38,605 nt of DNA from assembly GCA_047639155.1 (NCBI GenBank), contig JBLING010000001.1:1-38605 (forward strand). The letters are read 5' to 3'. The position numbers and the translations under genes were made by a program. The notes below the pieces were generated by a model. The model made no database searches and was not told the DNA's origin. It worked only from the letters and a program-made list of their open reading frames with translations. The DNA is from a bacterium. Lineage in GTDB: Bacteria; Bacteroidota; Bacteroidia; NS11-12g; UBA9320. This document shows, one piece after another, positions 32,881-38,605 of this stretch. How positions within the stretch are numbered: position 1 is the first letter of the stretch; each line of letters starts with the position of its first letter.

Positions 32881-35180
32881 CGTATTACCGATAAGGTTCC
32901 AGAGAATCTAAATACGTCGTTGTAAACGTCCTTAATCTTTATGAGGTAGAGGTACGTTCCTTCTTGTACCAATTCTCCCATATATGTGCCGTCCCACGGT
33001 TTGTCGATATGGTCAGAGTGATAAATTTGTTCACCCCATCGTGTATAAATGGTCATGTCAAGCGACTTAATACCATACAACATACCACCGGGCCCGAAGG
33101 TGGTGTTGACGTCATTATCTGGGCCAGGACTAAACGCGTTTGGAATAAAAATGTTCAGGTTGGGCTTTACGATGATGGTACGATAAAATGTATCAGCACA
33201 CTTAAAGTCATTGTTTGCGATTAAGCGCGCACGAAATATTCCCGTGTCTAAGTATTGGTGTAAGGCCTCAGGCCCAAATTCTTCAGGAGAAAAATCACCA
33301 AAAGACCATTGCCACCAATTGGCATCTGAACCACTTTCTATGAAATTAACAAAAGGGTCGGTGATGTATATTTCTTTAGGAAACTGGTCAAACTTTGCTT
33401 TGGCTTTTGGCCAGATTGTTATGTTTTGATTTACAGAGTCAACACACCCAAAACCATTTCTAACAGCAAGCTGGACGGGGTAACTCCCGGCTGAATTAAA
33501 TACCTGATTGTGATCTTGAAGATAGGAAACAATCTTTCCTTTTACCCGCCACCGCCATTCATCTATGTTGCCTGTAGTGGTTGTGCTATCGTAAAAAAAG
33601 GCTTCTTGGCGCTCACAAATATTTGCAAATCCGAAGTCAACTTCCGGGAGTGGTTGAATTTCTATAGTTTGGTTCAATGTGTCAACGCAACCAAAAGTGT
33701 TTTCAGTAACCAACTGAATCGGTTTAATTCCAGAAACACCAAATGCATGTATTGGAGCGAGCGTCGAAAAGAGGTTTCCGTCAATATTCCAATCGTGTTT
33801 TAAAGGCATTCCAATGGTAGAACTTGAATTCGATGCAAACTGGGTAGTTTCGCTTGAACAAGTATCTCGATATGTAAAGCTACTATTAGGTAAAGGATAA
33901 ATTTGAATTGTCTTTGTTATCGAATCCCAGCAGCCTCTTTGCCCTCGCACTTTTCTTTTCACATCAAAGTAACCATCGCCACCAAACTGGCGAAGCAAGG
34001 TGTTTTGACTATAAAGCGCATTACCCTCGTAAATCCAAACAGAAGTATCTATAGTACCTACTTGAATGTATGACGAGTCTGTAAACAATACAGGTAGTTT
34101 ATCACAGTCGTTGTTAAACGTAAAATTTGAAACGGGACAATGTGGATAGTTGGCTAATACCCAAGCACCGGATATTGTATTCACACTCCCGGTAACGGTT
34201 TTGTTCTTTGCAACGTCATTCGTGCCAGGAATACCGTAATCCCAAGAGCCAGATGCGCTGTTATACCGTGCGGGCTTTATGTCTTTTTCAATTAATGTGT
34301 TCAGACTTCCGGCTGTTGCATCCCACTCTCTATCGACGTAAGAGAGCCCAAGTTTAACAACAGGATAGCTGCTATATCCATCTGACGCGAGTACGTAGAA
34401 ACGGTCAACAGATTTAACATCGTTTTCAATTTTATATCGATTGTCTAGGTGTGGAACACCAATTGGTAATGGTCTGTTGTTTGGTGTTATTATAGGGTTG
34501 GTTGGATAGGTCGCTACGGAGACATAACCCGAATCACCCGACTGGGTGCCAACATAACCTACGGCAATGTCCATTGGGATGTGTTGAAAGTCTATTGTGC
34601 CAAAGGGTATTGTAAAAGTATTTCCAGCTGTAGCATCACGCAAATTCCATTGCACCTTACTATAACCCTTGGTTGGGTCAGTATCGCCTATCAACAAACC
34701 GGCACCTCGAGTAATTGCTCCGGTTGAATTATTGTTGACTATAAGTGCGTTAGAGTTCAGTAGTAAATGTCGGTTGTTTAATGCCAAAACACCTTTCCTT
34801 GGAGACGCATAACCACCACCAACGAGAGTTCGTATCATTAAACGCTTTATTCCACCACCAGAGAACACCAAGTTGTTAAACGATGTTGTAGTGGTTCCTG
34901 TAATTCGTTGGTTCCCTCCCGTAAGCTCCACAGTTCCATCGTTATTCCCAATAGCAGGTGTCGACCCTTGGTTGACCCAATCGCCATCTACATGTATCGT
35001 TGCAGTATTGTTCGTAGTTATAAGGCCAGTACCCTTGTTTGTATAGTCGCCGGTAATCCCGTTGACAACAATATGACTGCTGTCTTTCAGTACAATTTGT
35101 ACGTCTTTCGTCACCCATCCTTGGCAGAAAGCGGGAGACAGGGAGAACATCAAAGCGATATGTGTGAACAGTTTTTTCAT
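32877..35180 (-). CDS. Large secreted beta-helix/PKD-repeat protein with a T9SS type B (gliding-motility-associated) C-terminal domain
   Basis: Signal peptide MKKLFTHIALMFSLSPAFCQ. PKD-like repeats occur (FTYRDTCSSETTQF..., VDFGFANICERQEAFF...). The C-terminus IPNAFSPGPDNDVNTTF...YTRWGEQIYHSD...WDGTYMGELVQEGTYLYLIKI...GTLSVIR is type B. Confidence 0.85.
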   Translation of the reverse strand: MKKLFTHIALMFSLSPAFCQGWVTKDVQIVLKDSSHIVVNGITGDYTNKGTGLITTNNTATIHVDGDWVNQGSTPAIGNNDGTVELTGGNQRITGTTTTSFNNLVFSGGGIKRLMIRTLVGGGYASPRKGVLALNNRHLLLNSNALIVNNNSTGAITRGAGLLIGDTDPTKGYSKVQWNLRDATAGNTFTIPFGTIDFQHIPMDIAVGYVGTQSGDSGYVSVATYPTNPIITPNNRPLPIGVPHLDNRYKIENDVKSVDRFYVLASDGYSSYPVVKLGLSYVDREWDATAGSLNTLIEKDIKPARYNSASGSWDYGIPGTNDVAKNKTVTGSVNTISGAWVLANYPHCPVSNFTFNNDCDKLPVLFTDSSYIQVGTIDTSVWIYEGNALYSQNTLLRQFGGDGYFDVKRKVRGQRGCWDSITKTIQIYPLPNSSFTYRDTCSSETTQFASNSSSTIGMPLKHDWNIDGNLFSTLAPIHAFGVSGIKPIQLVTENTFGCVDTLNQTIEIQPLPEVDFGFANICERQEAFFYDSTTTTGNIDEWRWRVKGKIVSYLQDHNQVFNSAGSYPVQLAVRNGFGCVDSVNQNITIWPKAKAKFDQFPKEIYITDPFVNFIESGSDANWWQWSFGDFSPEEFGPEALHQYLDTGIFRARLIANNDFKCADTFYRTIIVKPNLNIFIPNAFSPGPDNDVNTTFGPGGMLYGIKSLDMTIYTRWGEQIYHSDHIDKPWDGTYMGELVQEGTYLYLIKIKDVYNDVFRFSGTLSVIR

Positions 35181-35194
35181 TAAGCGACCGGGTG

Positions 35195-38100
35195 CTATTT
35201 TCTGTCTTCTAATAACCGTTTGATTTCGTCTATTTCTTGTTTAAGTGCTTTTAATTCAGTGTCTTGTTTAGAGATTGTGTCCTCTAAAATTTGAATTTTA
35301 TTGGTTCTTATAACCAATGCTTGAATGGCAATCATGTTAACACCATCAAATGCTAAAGTGCTTATTCCTAAACTGTCGGATCCACCTAAACCAAAGGACG
35401 AATAAAAATCTTGGGCCATTGGGCCAATGTACTTCACGTCGTCTGTATTGCCTTTGTAGTTCCATTTTGTAATGGAAAGATTTTCAATTTTATGAAGAAT
35501 CGCTTCTCCGTTAACATCTTCAAAATTTTCCTTCATGTTTTTGTCTGAGACAGAACTCCACGATGTTCCGGCGTTGTTCATGTATACCCCAGTACTTAAA
35601 TCGGATTTTGTATAAAGGCGGTAACCGTTGTTAAAACGCATGGTCATGGTATGTTGCGCAGCACTTAACGTTGGAGTTGTTGTACTTCCATCGCCAAAAA
35701 TGAATGAACCGTTTTTGAAGTTTGTAGAAACATAACTTCCTATTGCCACAGACCTATCTGCAATTGCATCAACGTTATTACCTATTGCCACAGAATAAGG
35801 ATTATTGGTTCGAACGTTTGTTCCAATTGCAATTGCTCCTGTTCCTTCTGAATAAGCATTGTGTCCAATAGCTACGGCATAACTTCCTTTAACGGTATCT
35901 CGGTAACCGAAAGCATAGCCATGTTTGTGGCCACTTAACACCAAACATTCCTCTCCAAAAACTCCTGAGTTAGTACCCAATACGGTTGAATTTGTTCCAA
36001 CTATATAAGAATACTGACCGTATGCGTTATTTCCCGTTCCAATTGCGGTCGTGTTTGTACCACCTGTAATTGAACGATTTCCGATTGCTATCGAATAAGG
36101 TAATTGTGTTATGCTACTATCTCCAAGGGCGATACTATGTTCTCCTAATGCAGAGGCCCCGTTTCCAACGGCAAAAGTATGGTCGTCTGAAGCGACCGAC
36201 CCGTAGCCGAATGCGGTTGAATATAACCCAAGATTGGCGGCGTTCCATTCTCCACCAACTGCTGTACCTGCTCTAAATGCAGATACGCGTGGATTGAAAT
36301 GTAAGCGTGTTCCGGCTCCTAACGAACCAGCAGTTGCACCTGTTCCAACTTTGCCACTGACGATAAACCCGTCAGTACCTTGTACTTCCACTGCGCCATT
36401 ATCCGCGCCCATTATGCGCCCATTGCCCGCACCACCTTCGTCGTACGCCATGTCTAATGTGTTTCTGTTTAAGTAACCTGGAACCCAAGTTGTCCCGTCC
36501 CAAACGATTACATCGCCAACCGTATTACCTGATTTTAATCCTAGTTTTTTCGGACTCGCAGCTGTTCCTGCACCCGTTAAGCTTAAAAAGCCATTTGTAA
36601 TTGTATCTGTTACTTCGTTTCCAATTACACCGTCAACTTCCGCTGGGTGTGTAATTGGTGTTGGCACCCAAGAAGATCCGTTCCACATCCAAACATCACC
36701 AGAACTACTGCCTGTGTTTATTTCGATTTTATACGGATTTGCTGTCGTCCCGTTTCCAGTTCTATTTAATATTCCACGCGAATTTGACGTATCGGTTAAT
36801 TCGTTTCCTATGATACCATCGACTTCAGCAGGGTGCGTAATAGGCGTAGGCACCCAGGCCGACCCATTCCACATCCACACGTCTCCAGAGTTATTACCAC
36901 TGTTCACACCAACACTAAATGGGTCAGCTGCGGTTCCTGAACCGCCTTTTGATAATATGCCTTTTGAACCAAGTGTGTCTGCAATTTCATTTCCAACAAC
37001 ACTGTCTTGTTCCTTTGGAATTACGATAGTTGTTAATATCCATTTAGAACCATTCCAGACCAAAGATTGACCTCTTGTTGTACCAGGCTTTGCACCAATA
37101 GTATAAGGATCTACGTCTGTTCCGCCACCTTGTCTAACAATTAAGCCATATGTATTTAATGTATCCGCGATTTCGTTACCAATTACGCTGTCTTTTTCTT
37201 TGGGAACAAAAACGGGAGGGTGAATAATCGCAGTTGGCACCCAAGAAGATCCGTTCCACATCCATACGTCACCAGAAGTTACACCAGGCTCAATACCCAT
37301 TTTCAAAGGGCTAGCTGTTGTCCCGCCGCCGTAAATATTTAAAATTCCACGGGCGTTTGTAGTATCAACAACCTCATTGCCTACAATACCGTCGACTTCA
37401 GCAGGTATTGTTATCGGTGAAGACACCCACTTATTTCCATCCCACATCCACACGTCTCCGACATTATTTCCAGCCGTTACACCAATTTTGTATGGATTCG
37501 CACCTATACCAGTACCTCGGCGTGTTAAAACACCCCGTGCGTTTACTGTGTCTGCAATTTCGTTTCCTATTATAGCATCTACTTCCGTTGGAAACACAAT
37601 GGGTTTTGATACCCACTTACTTCCGTCCCACATAAACACATCGCCAGCGGTTGTTCCTGCTGTAACACCTATTGTATACGGGTTGGCTGAGTTGCCACTT
37701 CCATTTCTAATTAAAACACCTCTTGATTGTGCAGTATCGGCTATTTCATTTCCAATTACGCTGTCTTTTTCGAAAGGGAATTGTGTCAATTCCCAATTGC
37801 CGCCATTCCACATCCAAATGTCGTTTGTGGTTTGCCCAGCCTTTACACCTACTGTGTATGGGTCAGCACTAGTTCCAGAACCGCCCCTGTTGAGTAAGCC
37901 TAAGCTGTTGGCCGTATCTGTAATTTCATTGCCTATTATTCCATCAACTTCACGCAGCAAGATGTTACCTGCAAAAACGAGCTGACCAAAGGAGTTGACC
38001 CTAAATTGGGGAATTGAATCTGAAGTACCATATTGTCCAGGTGTAACACCTGTTGGCTCTAAGCTAATTGTTCCATAACCCTCAATGGTGTTGCCTAATA

Positions 38101-38449
38101 AACCCGTACCTGCTGTAATATTTTGAAAGACCGGTTTCCACCTATTTTTGTCATAATACCAAAAACCGACAGTATCATCTGTCTGATATACCATTAAACC
38201 GTTGGCTGGGGTAGGTATGCCGAGTTTAGCAATTTTTGAAAGGCGCGGAATCAGCATGCCCCTTGAGTTGGATTTTACATCCATAATCGCTGATGGATCT
38301 GGATCTGCCCCATCTTCATTTACGCCCACACCTTGACCATAAGTCACTGAATAAGAGAGCGCAGAAAGAAAGAGGACAAACAGCCCCTTTTTAACTTTTG
38401 GCAGCAAATTTCTGTTTTGTAGAGTATGTACTAATCGACAATTACGCAT
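35195..38449 (-). CDS. 1084-aa secreted chimeric fibre protein: N-terminal domain, 8 tandem repeats, YadA-head-like repeats and an S74-type chaperone domain
   Basis: It has a signal-like N-terminus (LFVLFLSALSYSVTYGQ), 8 repeats of about 62 aa (aa 167-659) and Hep_Hag/YadA-head-like repeats (SIALGDSS, SIAIGNRS, TAIGTGNNA, AVAIGHNA, AIAIGTNV, SVAIGNNV, SVAIGSYV). The C-terminus runs SDKNMK...IGPMAQDFYSSFGLG...DGVNMIAIQAL plus a coiled coil. Confidence 0.9.
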   Translation of the reverse strand: MRNCRLVHTLQNRNLLPKVKKGLFVLFLSALSYSVTYGQGVGVNEDGADPDPSAIMDVKSNSRGMLIPRLSKIAKLGIPTPANGLMVYQTDDTVGFWYYDKNRWKPVFQNITAGTGLLGNTIEGYGTISLEPTGVTPGQYGTSDSIPQFRVNSFGQLVFAGNILLREVDGIIGNEITDTANSLGLLNRGGSGTSADPYTVGVKAGQTTNDIWMWNGGNWELTQFPFEKDSVIGNEIADTAQSRGVLIRNGSGNSANPYTIGVTAGTTAGDVFMWDGSKWVSKPIVFPTEVDAIIGNEIADTVNARGVLTRRGTGIGANPYKIGVTAGNNVGDVWMWDGNKWVSSPITIPAEVDGIVGNEVVDTTNARGILNIYGGGTTASPLKMGIEPGVTSGDVWMWNGSSWVPTAIIHPPVFVPKEKDSVIGNEIADTLNTYGLIVRQGGGTDVDPYTIGAKPGTTRGQSLVWNGSKWILTTIVIPKEQDSVVGNEIADTLGSKGILSKGGSGTAADPFSVGVNSGNNSGDVWMWNGSAWVPTPITHPAEVDGIIGNELTDTSNSRGILNRTGNGTTANPYKIEINTGSSSGDVWMWNGSSWVPTPITHPAEVDGVIGNEVTDTITNGFLSLTGAGTAASPKKLGLKSGNTVGDVIVWDGTTWVPGYLNRNTLDMAYDEGGAGNGRIMGADNGAVEVQGTDGFIVSGKVGTGATAGSLGAGTRLHFNPRVSAFRAGTAVGGEWNAANLGLYSTAFGYGSVASDDHTFAVGNGASALGEHSIALGDSSITQLPYSIAIGNRSITGGTNTTAIGTGNNAYGQYSYIVGTNSTVLGTNSGVFGEECLVLSGHKHGYAFGYRDTVKGSYAVAIGHNAYSEGTGAIAIGTNVRTNNPYSVAIGNNVDAIADRSVAIGSYVSTNFKNGSFIFGDGSTTTPTLSAAQHTMTMRFNNGYRLYTKSDLSTGVYMNNAGTSWSSVSDKNMKENFEDVNGEAILHKIENLSITKWNYKGNTDDVKYIGPMAQDFYSSFGLGGSDSLGISTLAFDGVNMIAIQALVIRTNKIQILEDTISKQDTELKALKQEIDEIKRLLEDRK
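36473..37951 (-). repeat. Eight in-frame tandem coding repeats (about 168-201 bp each)
   Basis: Units start at E(V/K/Q)D(G/S/A)(I/V)(I/V)GNE. Each contains ...PY.IGV..G...GDVWMWNGS.WVP. The unit boundaries I counted are aa 167, 227, 289, 351, 418, 480, 542 and 604-659. Confidence 0.9.
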
Positions 38450-38542
38450 TATATCAATGATTTCAAATGTTACCTTCAGTAGTTAGTAACAGCCAAGGTA
38501 ATAAAAACTCCATATAGATACGCTGTAGCCCAGTCGTTTAGT

Positions 38543-38550
38543 TATCTTTG
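38543..38550 (+). promoter_or_regulatory. -7 box TATCTTTG
   Basis: Exact TAnnTTTG, 13 nt upstream of the ATG at 38564. Confidence 0.45.
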
Positions 38551-38563
38551 TGTGTACAATATA

Positions 38564-38605
38564 ATGGAAATGGATAAAGAAATTTTTGATCTAATCAACC
38601 AAGAA
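38564..38605 (+). CDS. glyA: First 14 codons of a probable serine hydroxymethyltransferase
   Basis: MEMDKEIFDLINQE matches the usual Bacteroidota GlyA N-terminus pattern (..D..IFDLI..E, from memory). Only 42 nt are visible, so this is tentative. Confidence 0.4.
   Translation, partial: MEMDKEIFDLINQE

Noticed and set aside
36070-37985. Several long plus-strand ORFs (36070-36276, 36234-36476, 36714-37070, 37377-37985), some Pro/Ser/Thr-rich and internally repetitive.
   Set aside because: All are antisense to the 1084-aa repeat protein. Their repetitiveness mirrors the sense-strand tandem repeats, and the stop-poor antisense frame follows from the Gly/Asn/Trp/Val-rich codon usage.
30654-38449. 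A prophage or tailocin remnant, suggested by the tail-fibre-type C-terminal domains.
   Set aside because: The window has no capsid, portal, terminase, baseplate, sheath, lysis or integrase genes. Both fibre-like proteins carry Sec signal peptides. Their neighbours are T9SS cargo and housekeeping genes. I therefore treat the locus as cellular.
1-38605. A scan for CRISPR arrays, IS elements or transposases, toxin-antitoxin pairs, restriction-modification genes, reverse transcriptases and other recognisable defence genes.
   Set aside because: I saw no regularly spaced short direct repeats and no transposase, RT, nuclease or ATPase signatures typical of defence systems in any listed ORF. Absence is judged by eye only. 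Running PADLOC, DefenseFinder and ISEScan would be the proper test.

Overview
AT-rich chromosomal window from a Bacteroidota bacterium, probably Flavobacteriia-like. I infer this from T9SS type A and type B C-terminal sorting domains, TonB-dependent receptor/DUF4249 pairs, TAnnTTTG -7 promoter boxes and a tmRNA tag GESNYAMAA. Much of the window is housekeeping: ssrA, tRNA-Pro(GGG), pheS, mnmG, ybeY, rluB, xerD, an LD-carboxypeptidase, an acyl-CoA dehydrogenase, ridA, rdgB, pssA, purS and the first codons of a probable glyA. These are interleaved with many lipoproteins and secreted proteins. I saw no CRISPR array, transposase, phage structural module or recognisable defence gene. The best candidate for an undescribed system is the right-hand 8 kb (30654-38449). 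It holds two convergent gene pairs. Each pair couples a Sec-signal, phage-tail-fibre-like protein that ends in a self-cleaving S74-type chaperone domain and lacks a T9SS sorting domain with a partner protein that does carry one. Housekeeping genes flank the locus. Other observations: a displaced 22-nt copy of the ssrA 3' end marks a decayed 1.2-kb islet; a terminator-bracketed structured RNA candidate lies beside it; tRNA-Pro is wedged 5-6 nt from the CDSs on either side; a 419-bp AT-rich spacer is enriched in TTAACA/TGTTAA; -7 boxes sit 4-5 nt from four start codons, predicting leaderless mRNAs; and two enzyme-fold proteins have degenerate catalytic motifs. All calls come from reading motifs by eye. 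No database search or folding program was run, and hand-derived coordinates may be off by 1-2 nt.
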